A stretch of DNA of 55,938 bases. Origin: Candidatus Parvarchaeota archaeon. GTDB lineage: Archaea > Nanobdellota > Nanobdellia > Parvarchaeales > Parvarchaeaceae. Under the pieces are notes generated by a model. That model had not been told where the DNA came from. It saw nothing but the letters and a program-made list of their open reading frames with translations, and did not search any database. Below, piece by piece: positions 7,584-16,656 of the stretch. The DNA is taken from assembly GCA_023261805.1 (NCBI GenBank), contig JAGDXV010000005.1, positions 1 through 55,938 on the forward strand, read 5' to 3'. A program made the position numbers and the translations under genes. The first letter of the stretch is position 1; the number at the start of each line of letters is the position of its first letter.

Positions 7584-9019
7584 CAGTAGGTTTGGGCAAA
7601 GTAGGCATTGAATTCCGCAGGCTTGCCACAGAATATGCACTTTTTATCTAAAAGTTCCTCTTTCTCCAATGGTATGACCCTTGATACGGCCCCCGTCTGT
7701 TCCTTTATTTTCTTTTCACAAGCCTCCTTTCCGCACCAAGCTGCTTTAACGATCGCCTTTCCATCCTTAAGGTCTTTTATAAATTCATTCTTGTTGGTCT
7801 CTTCTTTTACCTGGGATTTAATCCTGTCATAAGCGCGCTGGAACATCTCTTCCTGTATGTTCTCCAAGAGGTCCGTGAATTTATTCAGTTCATCAAATTT
7901 CATGCTCTCTTTCTTTCCATTCACCCTTATCTTATAGGAGATCAGGCGTTCCTCTGTTTCCTTCTTTCCAAGATCTATTCTTATGGGAACACCTTTGAGT
8001 TCGTATTCGTTGAATTTCCAGCCGGGGGAATAGATGGTTCTGTCATCAATTTCAGCCCTTATGTTAATTTTCTTTAATCTTTCCTCGACATCTCTCGCAT
8101 ACTCAATTATCTTTTTGTCATCAGTTCCATTGAGTATCGGGATTATTATCACTTGTATCGGGGCAACAAGAGGAGGAAGGATGAGGCCGTTGTCATCCCC
8201 ATGTACCAGTATCATCGCTCCTATGCTTCTCATCGATATCCCCCAGGACGTTTGGTGTGCATATTCCCATTTATTTTCTCTGTTAAGGAATTTTATATCG
8301 AAAACTTTAGAGAAATTTTGACCAAGCAGGTGGGATGTTGCTGATTGGATCATGAAATTATTTGGCAGTGGCGCTTCAACAGTGTATGTCTCCACCGCCC
8401 CAGCAAACTTCTCCTCCTCGCTTTTCCTTCCAATTATCACAGGGGTTGCGAGCAATTCTTCTAATACTTCCTTATATACCATTAGAAGGTCCATAACGTT
8501 CTTTCTGGCTTCCTCCTCGTTTTCGAATACACAGTGTCCTTCTTGCCAGATCACTTCCCTACCTCGGAGGAATAGACGTGTCTCCTTCGTTTCCCACCTC
8601 ACGACGGTGTTCCACTGATTCATCATCAATGGCAAATCCCTGTAACTTTTAACCCATTTGGAATATGCATAGGAAACGCTTGTTTCGGACGTCGGTCTTA
8701 CAGCGAGTTTTTCATCCAATTTCTTCTTTCCGCCCATCGTAACCCACGCAACCTCCGGTGTGAACCCCTCAACATGCTCTTTCTCCTTTTCAAGCACACT
8801 TTCAGGTATCAAAAGCGGAAAATACGCATTTTTTATCCCAAGGTTTTTGAACTTATCATCCAAATAATCCCTTATTTTCTCCCAGATAGCATATCCGTAC
8901 GGCTTGTATATCGTGAAACCTTTAAGTTCAGAGAACTCAGCCAAGTCTGCGGCTGTGACAGTTTCATTGTACCAACTGATCAGGTCTTCATCCTTCTTTG
9001 TCTTTATTTTCTTTTCCAT
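7583..9019 (-). CDS. proS: Prolyl-tRNA synthetase (archaeal/eukaryotic type)
   Basis: Contains RPTSET, FLRGREVIWQEGH, a C-terminal zinc-binding-like CIFCGKPA and the characteristic C-terminal Tyr. Confidence 0.93.
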   Translation of the reverse strand: MEKKIKTKKDEDLISWYNETVTAADLAEFSELKGFTIYKPYGYAIWEKIRDYLDDKFKNLGIKNAYFPLLIPESVLEKEKEHVEGFTPEVAWVTMGGKKKLDEKLAVRPTSETSVSYAYSKWVKSYRDLPLMMNQWNTVVRWETKETRLFLRGREVIWQEGHCVFENEEEARKNVMDLLMVYKEVLEELLATPVIIGRKSEEEKFAGAVETYTVEAPLPNNFMIQSATSHLLGQNFSKVFDIKFLNRENKWEYAHQTSWGISMRSIGAMILVHGDDNGLILPPLVAPIQVIIIPILNGTDDKKIIEYARDVEERLKKINIRAEIDDRTIYSPGWKFNEYELKGVPIRIDLGKKETEERLISYKIRVNGKKESMKFDELNKFTDLLENIQEEMFQRAYDRIKSQVKEETNKNEFIKDLKDGKAIVKAAWCGKEACEKKIKEQTGAVSRVIPLEKEELLDKKCIFCGKPAEFNAYFAQTY

Positions 9020-9114
9020 GTGGCAAATGTTATAATATCTCTTCCTCTTTTTTTCAATTTAAGTGTTTAATCGTAAATGTATAAATTCATTGAAAATGAT
9101 AACTTAGAATCATT

Positions 9115-11829
9115 ATGGTAATCTACGAGCCAAAGAAAATAGAGGAGAAATGGGGAAAAGAGTATCAAGAGAGCGGTATCTTCACAGCCAAGATCAATAA
9201 AGATAAAAAGAAATTCTTTCTCACAGTGCCAGTTCCATATCCAGACGGCTATCTTCATCTGGGACAGCTTTATACGTGGACGAGGGCGGACATATATGCG
9301 AGATTCATGAGAATGCGTGGCTACAACGTTCTTTTTCCGCAGAGCTTTCACTTCACGGGCGGCCCAGTTGCGACCATCTCGTTGAGGATAAGGAACGGCG
9401 AAAAAGCACTTATAGACAGATTTGTCAATCAAGGTGTCCCTCCAGAGCAAGTCAAAAAGTTTGGAGAAAATCCTCTGAACCTTACGCTTTATTTCACAGA
9501 TGCAATAAAGAGGGATTTCATAGATACAGGGATGTCGATAGATTGGAGTAGGTCTTTCATGTTGTCTTACACAAAAAGCTATTCAAAATTTGTTCAGTGG
9601 CAGTTTAGAAAACTTAGAGAAAAGGGCTTGATAACACAGGGGACTCATCCGGTTATTTGGTGTCCTAATGAAAATACCCCGCTTGGAGACCACGACAGGT
9701 TGGTTGGCGAGGGAGAATACCCTATACAATTTGACATAATAAAGTTTCCTTTGGATGGATATTTTCTTCCTGCCGCAACACTTCGCCCAGAAACCATATT
9801 CGGTGTAACTAACATCTGGTTAAATCCAAATATAGAATATCGTGAGATCATATTAGATTCAGGCGAGAGATGGATAGTCTCCGCTGAATTCGAGAGCAAG
9901 CTGAAGTTTCAGTTAAAGAACGTCAAAAGTTCAAAGACTTTTGATACCAATTCTCTGCTCCACAAGAAGGTCAGAAATCCGATTACAGGTGAAGAGATAC
10001 CGATCCTAGCGGCAGATTTTGTCGATAAAAACATAGCCACCGGCGTAGTGATGAGTGTACCGATGCACGCTCCCTTCGATTTTGTTTATCTCAAGAGGAT
10101 AGAGAAGGAATATCCAAACATAAAGCCGAAAAAGATAATAGACGTTCAAGGGACTGAAGATTTGATGAAGGAAGCGCTCGATAAGTTTGGAGAAAAGGAT
10201 TTGGATTCCGCTACCAGGTTTGTTTATAATAAGGAATTAAACTTTGGTGTAATGAATCAGAATTGTGCAGATTTCTCTGGGATGAGCGTTAAGGATGCGA
10301 GAAAGAAAATGGAGGAGAAGCTGGAATCAATGGGTCTGCTCGATCGATTCTATGAGCCGAGTGGAGAGGTTATATGTAGATGCGGTGCAAGGGGAGTCGT
10401 GAAGGTGCTTGAAAATCAATGGTTCATAGACTATTCAAATAAGGAATGGAAGGACAGGACGCTTAATCATGTCATGTCGATGAAAATATACCCAGAGGAA
10501 GCGAAGCCCCAGCTTGTCGATGCTATAGTGAACATGGAGGAGAAAGCGGCCGTTAGAAAGGGCGGTTTAGGTACTCCACTTCCATGGGATCAGGATTGGC
10601 TTATAGAACCGCTCAGCGATTCAACGATTTATATGTCTTTCTATACCATCGCTCATTTGATTCAGAAAATAGATGAGGAGAAAATAAATGATGAACTGTT
10701 CGATTACGTCTTCTTAGACGGGCCCGCTCCGAGCGGAATTGACGAATCTATATTGAAGGAAATGAAGCAGGAATTTGATTACTGGTATCCAGTTGACTTA
10801 AGGATAACCGGAAGGGAGCTGATACCAAACCATGTGGCCTTCTATATTTTCACTCATGTTGCGATCTTTCCACAGAATAAATGGCCGAGGAGTTTAGGCA
10901 TCAACGGATGGATAACTGTGAATAAACAGAAACTATCCAAATCCAAGGGCGGATTGACCATAAGAAGCGAATTGGAAAAGTACGGTGCAGATGAATTGAG
11001 GCTTGTGGCTTACTCTGCAAACGGAATAGACGACGCTGATTGGGATACCAGTAATATAAACTCGTTCGATGAAAGAATAAACTTTCTGATGTCTGTGATA
11101 GAGTTGCTGAACGGTATAAAAGGAGAGAGAAAAGTTTTTGACGAGTACCTTCTTTCCAAGATCAATTCTATAGTTGATGAGGTGACGGAGAACTTCGAGA
11201 ATATGAGGTATAGGAGCGCAATATTTGGCGCTTTCTTTGAAAGCACGGATCTGTTGAAATTCTATCTGGAGATCGGTGGCAACTCCAATGAAACGATAAA
11301 AAGGACTATAGAAACGATCATCAGGCTTGTGCATCCCGTCTTTCCTTTCATTACAGAAGAATTAGATAAAAGGCTTGGAGGAAAGCAGCTCCTGGAAGAA
11401 TACGAGAGCTGGCCAGTTTCGGATCCATCGCTGAAAAATGAGGCGATAGAGAATGAGATGGATGTCCTTAAGAACACGATTGAAGACATAAAGAACCTTC
11501 TGAACCTTTTGAAGGTTAAACCAAACCAGATAATCATAAGGATCGCTGACAAGGGCAGATTTGAGGCCTACAATTCGCTAGTCTCAGAGGTTGAAAAAAG
11601 CAGAGATCTTTCAGAGCTTCAGAAGAAGTTTGGTAGGTATGATTTCCTTTTAGGTTTTCTGAAGAATCCTAAAAGGCTTCCAGATAGGAGATTGGATCAC
11701 GACCTAGAACATCGCGTTTTCTCAGAGTCAAGGGACTATCTGATGCGTCTGTTTAATTCGGATATCAAAGTTGAAATTTCAGACGATAAGAAGGCTATAC
11801 CTGGGAAGCCAGGGATAAAGATAGCATGA
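9115..11829 (+). CDS. leuS: Leucyl-tRNA synthetase (archaeal type)
   Basis: HIGH region PYPDGYLHLGQ (deviant, HLGQ), KMSKS as KLSKSKG, and a CP1 editing-domain-sized insertion. 904 aa. Confidence 0.93.
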   Translation: MVIYEPKKIEEKWGKEYQESGIFTAKINKDKKKFFLTVPVPYPDGYLHLGQLYTWTRADIYARFMRMRGYNVLFPQSFHFTGGPVATISLRIRNGEKALIDRFVNQGVPPEQVKKFGENPLNLTLYFTDAIKRDFIDTGMSIDWSRSFMLSYTKSYSKFVQWQFRKLREKGLITQGTHPVIWCPNENTPLGDHDRLVGEGEYPIQFDIIKFPLDGYFLPAATLRPETIFGVTNIWLNPNIEYREIILDSGERWIVSAEFESKLKFQLKNVKSSKTFDTNSLLHKKVRNPITGEEIPILAADFVDKNIATGVVMSVPMHAPFDFVYLKRIEKEYPNIKPKKIIDVQGTEDLMKEALDKFGEKDLDSATRFVYNKELNFGVMNQNCADFSGMSVKDARKKMEEKLESMGLLDRFYEPSGEVICRCGARGVVKVLENQWFIDYSNKEWKDRTLNHVMSMKIYPEEAKPQLVDAIVNMEEKAAVRKGGLGTPLPWDQDWLIEPLSDSTIYMSFYTIAHLIQKIDEEKINDELFDYVFLDGPAPSGIDESILKEMKQEFDYWYPVDLRITGRELIPNHVAFYIFTHVAIFPQNKWPRSLGINGWITVNKQKLSKSKGGLTIRSELEKYGADELRLVAYSANGIDDADWDTSNINSFDERINFLMSVIELLNGIKGERKVFDEYLLSKINSIVDEVTENFENMRYRSAIFGAFFESTDLLKFYLEIGGNSNETIKRTIETIIRLVHPVFPFITEELDKRLGGKQLLEEYESWPVSDPSLKNEAIENEMDVLKNTIEDIKNLLNLLKVKPNQIIIRIADKGRFEAYNSLVSEVEKSRDLSELQKKFGRYDFLLGFLKNPKRLPDRRLDHDLEHRVFSESRDYLMRLFNSDIKVEISDDKKAIPGKPGIKIA

Positions 11830-11966
11830 AAAACATTCTGCTTTTGGTTTCGATAGTCTTGCTTTTGTTTAGTTTGATCATGATCTTTGTTTTCAGATTT
11901 TTAGTGTTTGTGCTTTTTGTTCCCTTCATTTGGCCGATATATCATGGTAAAAGGAGGAAAAGATGA
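11826..11966 (+). CDS. 46-aa hydrophobic micro-protein (two predicted TM segments, basic tail)
   Basis: MKNILLLVSIVLLLFSLIMIFVFRFLVFVLFVPFIWPIYHGKRRKR. Its ATG overlaps the leuS stop (ATGA) and its stop overlaps the trm5 ATG (ATGA). It fills the whole intergenic gap. Confidence 0.5.
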   Translation: MKNILLLVSIVLLLFSLIMIFVFRFLVFVLFVPFIWPIYHGKRRKR

Positions 11967-12769
11967 ATAAGAGCTTTGACATCATAGGAAACATAGCAAT
12001 AGTAAAGTTTTCTGAAGGTGCCACTCTGAAAGAAAAGAAAAAGGATGCTGAACTCCTCATGCGCAAGAATAAGCATATCTTTTCTGTCTTTGAAAAACGT
12101 GGAAAGATAAGCGGGGAGGAACGAATACCTGATGTCAAATGGATAGCAGGTAAGCGTTCAAGTGTTACATTACATCGAGAAAATGGGTGCGTTTTCAAGG
12201 TCGACGTGAGAAAGGTCTTCTTCACTCCAAGGCTCAGCAATGAGAGGATGAGGGTCGTCAGTCAGATTAAGTCGGGGGAAGAGGTTCTCGATATGTTTGC
12301 AGGCGTTGGTCCTTACACCATACCGGCGGCGAAGAGAGCAAAGGAAGTCTGTTCCATTGACATAAATCGGGATGCTGTCGCCCTTTTGAAGGAGAACCTT
12401 AAGCTTAATCACATTCATAATGTAAGGGTCTTTTGTGGTGACTCAAAAAGGGTTGTGAAAAGACTTGAGATAAAATTCGATCGGATCATCATGAACTATC
12501 CCTTGGATGCGGAGACTTTTCTGGATGCGGCGATTTCTGTCTTGAAGAGCCCTGGAAAAATTCATTTTTACTCATTTGTGAGCATGCACGGCGAATCGGA
12601 CATGAAGGAGAAGATGGATATGATCAGAAAGCACTTTATTGGGAAAAAAATAAAGATAGAACGATTTTATGCAGGGGAGATCGCTCCAAATATCGTAAGA
12701 ACTTGCTTTGACATCACTGTTTTAGGCCGTAATACAGTTTCCAATCAGGGGCGCGATATGTTAGTTTGA
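11963..12769 (+). CDS. trm5: tRNA (guanine37-N1)-methyltransferase Trm5 / Met-10+ family
   Basis: DMFAGVGPYTIPAAKR (SAM motif) and IIMNYP (NPPY-like) match the Trm5/Taw22 family. AAGGAGG lies 6 nt upstream of the ATG. Confidence 0.85.
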   Translation: MNKSFDIIGNIAIVKFSEGATLKEKKKDAELLMRKNKHIFSVFEKRGKISGEERIPDVKWIAGKRSSVTLHRENGCVFKVDVRKVFFTPRLSNERMRVVSQIKSGEEVLDMFAGVGPYTIPAAKRAKEVCSIDINRDAVALLKENLKLNHIHNVRVFCGDSKRVVKRLEIKFDRIIMNYPLDAETFLDAAISVLKSPGKIHFYSFVSMHGESDMKEKMDMIRKHFIGKKIKIERFYAGEIAPNIVRTCFDITVLGRNTVSNQGRDMLV

Positions 12770-13691
12770 CCTTTCCATGAGCCATTGAAGATATCCCCCC
12801 AAAGCTCAGTGCTGAGATATATTTTAGTAGTTCCCAATTTTGAGCGTGTATCCTTTTTATCAGTATATCTATGTACGATAACAGATCATACGCTGAATAG
12901 AGATCCTTCCCCTTGAAAACTGAGGGGAGATTGTCTGATATCCATATTTCAAATATCTTTGCGGCCTGATCCGTTGATAGAAAAATATCAGAAAATCCTC
13001 CTTCTCCGCTGAATATCCTGTTCAGTGTTGAGAATATGTCTTCTTCCTGGTCCCTTTTCTGTGGCTCAACATCCCCAATTAGGACGTATGTTTCAAGGTC
13101 TGTCAGTGCACTTGAAAGACTTCCGCGAGAATTGATAGCGATCTTATCCAGCAGGCTCTTGCTTATCTTTATTTCATTTGTCTCACAGACTTTTATGAGA
13201 AAATCTTCAATCACCTGCGAGTTTAGACGATAGAAATTGATTATTTGGTAGTCTGATATAAAGTGCCTGTATTCAGAACGAAATATGTCACCGCTTTCAG
13301 ATTCAAAGATTATAATTGCATTTTTCACTTTTGATAGTTTGCTAAAGATCAGGGGGCTCGTCCTTAGCGCCTTTTCTGCACTCTCTACGAATATTACTTT
13401 TTTCTGGCTTGAGAATAGAGAGCCGTTCTCACTCATCCTCTCTATAAGATTATTGATTCTGTCAGCCACAGATTCCGTCTCGGTTTCTGCGATGAGGTAA
13501 AGGTTTATGTCCTCAAAGGAAAAGTCATAATCATTGGCAAAGGCTTTAGCAAGGAAGGTCTTTCCGCTTCCATTGGGTCCGTTAAATATGAATCTGTTTA
13601 CCCCCTTTTCGAAATAGGAGAGAAATTTATTGCGTATACTGTGATCGTAATTTTCTATGAAATTTTTCAGGCTTGGCTTAGGATATTCCAT
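12714..13691 (-). CDS. rfcL: Replication factor C large subunit (short, divergent)
   Basis: Walker A is NGPNGSGKTF. The clamp-loader helical-domain pattern SRGSLSSALTDLE and ...WISDNLP... is collinear with archaeal RfcL. It sits directly downstream of rfcS. Walker B is degenerate (VIFVESAE) and the protein is only 325 aa. Confidence 0.7.
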   Translation of the reverse strand: MEYPKPSLKNFIENYDHSIRNKFLSYFEKGVNRFIFNGPNGSGKTFLAKAFANDYDFSFEDINLYLIAETETESVADRINNLIERMSENGSLFSSQKKVIFVESAEKALRTSPLIFSKLSKVKNAIIIFESESGDIFRSEYRHFISDYQIINFYRLNSQVIEDFLIKVCETNEIKISKSLLDKIAINSRGSLSSALTDLETYVLIGDVEPQKRDQEEDIFSTLNRIFSGEGGFSDIFLSTDQAAKIFEIWISDNLPSVFKGKDLYSAYDLLSYIDILIKRIHAQNWELLKYISALSFGGISSMAHGKVKLTYRAPDWKLYYGLKQ

Positions 13692-13692
13692 C

Positions 13693-14643
13693 TTATTTTT
13701 TAATAGTTGATAGGAAGGCGATGAAAGCCTGCAATTGTATTATTGGAGTTGCCCCCTCGATCAGCCGGAAATCCGTCTCCGCAAGTTTTTCAATGATATA
13801 TGCTTTTATCTTCGGCTCTATTTTTTCATCGTAGATAATTATGTTGAAAAGGTTATTCATTATCTCCTTTATACTCACACCCTCATTCAGGATCGATTCG
13901 ACCTTCTCGCTTGCTGTTTTGTAATCCCCATCCATCGCATCTTTTACCGCCTCTTTAAGTTTTTGCACGTTTATGAGGCCACTTCCCTTGTATACATCTT
14001 CTTTTCCAATTTTTTTGGTGACGTTGGAGATTGATTGTAGAATATTGGTAAGTGAACGAAGATCACCTTTTGATATCGTATATAGAGCTTCCTTTGCCTC
14101 GTTCGTCACTTCAAGTCCTTCACCTTTGGATATTCTATCTATGAATTTGTATACATCCTCCTTTGTCAGGGGCTGAAATCTGAAGATAGCACACCTAGAC
14201 TGTATCGCCTCTATAAGGTTGCTTTGGAAGTTCACGCTGAATATGAACCTGCAAGTTTGACTATATTCCTCCATCATCCTTCTCAGAGCTTGCTGGGCCT
14301 CCTGGGTGAGGGAATCAGCCTCATCAAAAAGTATCATCTTAAATGGGGCGTCTATCGGTTTTGATCTTGCAAACTCCTTGACCTTTCCCTGTATAACACT
14401 GAGCTTTCTGTCATCGGAAGCGTTGAGCTCTATAAAGTTTTCATTCCATGTGTCCCCATATATCGCTTTGGCCAGCGTTATTGCGGATGTCGTTTTTCCA
14501 ACACCGGGCGGACCGGACAGGATCATGTGTTGAACTTCCTTCTTGGAAGCCATCACCTTCAATTTTTCAACTATATCTTTCTGCCCGATTATCTCATCAA
14601 AAGAATTCGGCCTATACTTTTCGATCCACAGACTCATAATCAA
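13693..14643 (-). CDS. rfcS: Replication factor C small subunit
   Basis: GPPGVGKTT, LFDEADSLT and the SRC motif (SRCAIFRF). 316 aa, with no intein. Confidence 0.93.
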   Translation of the reverse strand: MIMSLWIEKYRPNSFDEIIGQKDIVEKLKVMASKKEVQHMILSGPPGVGKTTSAITLAKAIYGDTWNENFIELNASDDRKLSVIQGKVKEFARSKPIDAPFKMILFDEADSLTQEAQQALRRMMEEYSQTCRFIFSVNFQSNLIEAIQSRCAIFRFQPLTKEDVYKFIDRISKGEGLEVTNEAKEALYTISKGDLRSLTNILQSISNVTKKIGKEDVYKGSGLINVQKLKEAVKDAMDGDYKTASEKVESILNEGVSIKEIMNNLFNIIIYDEKIEPKIKAYIIEKLAETDFRLIEGATPIIQLQAFIAFLSTIKK

Positions 14644-15341
14644 TGTACTTCCGCGAACAATTCGGCGTTAGGGTATATGACGATCCCTTTGTCTGTGATT
14701 TCCATCGGGCAGAATTTGGTTAGGTGATCAGTTCCTCGCATCTTCACCACTCTTATCGCCCTAAGGAAGGTGCTCTCCTTTTCTATCAGATAAAGGGCTA
14801 CAACCGCGTCCGCTGCAAACTCTTCAACACCGAAGGAGGATAGTTTTTCCTCCCCATAAGGTATCTCTCCTACAAGTATTCCTGCTGTATTGTGTGTTCT
14901 TAATATGGTTGCCACCTCGATTATTCCTTTTCTTATGGATATCACATCAGGGAAAAACATCTGAAAGTAAGTGATGGAATCTATGATCACCCTTTTGGCT
15001 TGTGCCCCTTCTATCTCTGACGTAAGTGTTTCCTTGAAAGTATCAAAATCGACGAGCGGAACCTCCACTATTTTGAGTGATCCATTCTTTATGAGATCCA
15101 CAATCCCAGGATCAAAAACCGAGAACTGCTTTATTATTGAGTTTGCACTTTCCTCGAGAGTAAAGTAGACCCCTTTTTCCCCGTTTCTTGCACCATATGC
15201 AAGGAACTGCATTGAAAATGTAGTTTTCCCGGAACCAGGGGTCCCTGTCAATAGAACCACATCCCCCGCAGGTATTCCTCCTTTCACAATATCATCAAAA
15301 CCTTCTATTCCCGATTTTACACGCTGTATTTTTTCTGCCAT
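14640..15341 (-). CDS. Single-domain KaiC-like / RecA-superfamily ATPase
   Basis: SGIEGFDDIVKGGIPAGDVVLLTGTPGSGKTTFSMQF is the typical KaiC/RadA-paralog N-terminus plus Walker A. 233 aa. 4-nt overlap with rfcS. Confidence 0.85.
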   Translation of the reverse strand: MAEKIQRVKSGIEGFDDIVKGGIPAGDVVLLTGTPGSGKTTFSMQFLAYGARNGEKGVYFTLEESANSIIKQFSVFDPGIVDLIKNGSLKIVEVPLVDFDTFKETLTSEIEGAQAKRVIIDSITYFQMFFPDVISIRKGIIEVATILRTHNTAGILVGEIPYGEEKLSSFGVEEFAADAVVALYLIEKESTFLRAIRVVKMRGTDHLTKFCPMEITDKGIVIYPNAELFAEVH

Positions 15342-15342
15342 T

Positions 15343-15999
15343 CTATATCGCCTTCATCACTGGTTTCCCGATCAGCGGGAACTGCAGTTTTATGAGGTTA
15401 TTTGAGTCCAATATCTTAGCCCATGATTCAACCAAAGCAGGCGATGTATTTAACGTTTTTGCAGCCTCATCGAGGGTCATTTCTTTCTTTTCCCTGATCA
15501 GAGCAAGCAAAGACTGAAGAGGGCTAGCGGTGCTTGTTTGTCCTGGAGGGGACAATATATTAGGTTTCGAAGGCGGGAGCTTTGGTTCAGTCTCAATTTT
15601 TGATACGGATAGTGGCGGCAGACTCTCCTCTATTTTCTCTAGTTCCTTGTTTGCATCTGTTTTCTTTTTTGGCGGCGGTTCGGCGGCAAGTTTAATTGGT
15701 TCCACTGGCTTTCTGAACAAGTCTATCTCCTCGCGAGTCTCATTTTTCTGTGTAGCGGGCAGGATGACAGGGCCACCGATGGTTGGCTTGGAAGGCACTT
15801 CTATCATCGGTGTAGGCCTCCTTGTTGGGGTTGGCCTAGTCGTCGTGGATTCGGCCGGCTTTATCTGTGATTCTTCAGCATTCACACCTATCAATGCCTC
15901 CGCATTTATCACGGCAGTCTTCATCTCCGTTACTTTGTTTGAAAGGACATACGATTCATTTATCAATCTATTAAAAAGCGTTCTGATATTCTCTGCCAT
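15343..15999 (-). CDS. Hypothetical protein: N-terminal helix, long Pro/Thr/Lys-rich linker, C-terminal wHTH-like domain
   Basis: The ORF ends 1 nt before the KaiC-like gene. The low-complexity core is TTTRPTPTRRPTP...PPPKKK. The C-terminal MTLDEAAKTLNTSPALVESWAKILDSNNLIKL resembles a winged-helix domain. Confidence 0.65.
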   Translation of the reverse strand: MAENIRTLFNRLINESYVLSNKVTEMKTAVINAEALIGVNAEESQIKPAESTTTRPTPTRRPTPMIEVPSKPTIGGPVILPATQKNETREEIDLFRKPVEPIKLAAEPPPKKKTDANKELEKIEESLPPLSVSKIETEPKLPPSKPNILSPPGQTSTASPLQSLLALIREKKEMTLDEAAKTLNTSPALVESWAKILDSNNLIKLQFPLIGKPVMKAI

Positions 16000-16046
16000 A
16001 GTTTACTATACTTTTACGAATCATTTTTAATTTAAATAAACGAAAC

Positions 16047-16321
16047 GGTGGCGCCGAATAGCCCATCTTCTGTGACGTTTCCTCCCTTGCTGGAATCATC
16101 ATAACGTATGGCAACATTCGACTAAGCGCCCTTTCGGGTTTGCACCTGCAGGTCCGCCGTTTCATCCCAACAACAGCCGACGTCGGAAACCTTCATTCCA
16201 TAAGGCTGTGAGGGTTCGTTTCTGTTCGGTTGCCCACGCATTTAGCGAGCCACATCACTGTGGTGCAGTTTTTGTGTGGATGGACTTCCTCCTTTTGTGG
16301 TGTGTTGCCTACGGCGCCACC
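16047..16321 (-). ncRNA. rnpB: RNase P RNA (compact archaeal form, ~275 nt)
   Basis: On the minus strand a 10-bp terminal P1 helix (GGUGGCGCCG / CGGCGCCACC) encloses CR-I-like GGAGGAAGUCCAUCC, GGGAUGAAACGGCGG, and CR-V-like ACAGAAGAUGGGCUAUUCGG. The P4 strands AGUCCAUC and GAUGGGCU pair, with covariation relative to the bacterial consensus. The region is GC-rich and non-coding within AT-rich surroundings. Confidence 0.85.
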
Positions 16322-16376
16322 TTATATTTAATATCCTTATAAACATATATGTTTAACTGAAGAGGGTGAACCGAAT

Positions 16377-16655
16377 GTGGATATAGAGCTTATCGATCTC
16401 TCTGATTACAAACCAAATGATAAAAAGTACATAAAAGCCCTGAGGCTTATGGATAGGGTGAAGGTAGATTACATCACAGACAGGCACATTTCTTTCACCG
16501 TCAAAAATGAAGGGGAGCATAATGTCATCTATTTCAAGGAAAAGCCGGTTGAGAAATGGCAGTGTGATTGCAAATGGTATGCCCTTCATAGCAGTCCATG
16601 TTCTCACATAATAGCGGTCAACTTAGCGATAAAAGAGAAAATCATCAGGCTTTGA
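16377..16655 (+). CDS. SWIM-type zinc-finger protein
   Basis: CDCKWYALHSSPCSH is the CxCx(n)CxH SWIM signature. GTG start with GAGG ~11 nt upstream. Confidence 0.7.
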   Translation: MDIELIDLSDYKPNDKKYIKALRLMDRVKVDYITDRHISFTVKNEGEHNVIYFKEKPVEKWQCDCKWYALHSSPCSHIIAVNLAIKEKIIRL

Positions 16656-16656
16656 A

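Noticed and set aside
9067-9450. 127-aa minus-strand ORF across the proS/leuS divergent region
   Set aside because: It mostly overlaps the leuS N-terminus (HIGH region) in antisense and spans the promoter spacer. Nothing supports it.
15530-16030. 166-aa plus-strand ORF rich in Gly/Ser/Phe
   Set aside because: It is fully antisense to the Pro/Thr-rich CDS at 15343..15999. Its composition is the mirror image of that low-complexity region, and it has no start context, so it is an antisense artefact.
15971-16165. 64-aa minus-strand ORF, and the 84-aa ORF at 16353..16607
   Set aside because: The first lies over the 3' part of the RNase P RNA. The second is antisense to the SWIM zinc-finger CDS, which has a clear CxCxnCxH motif.
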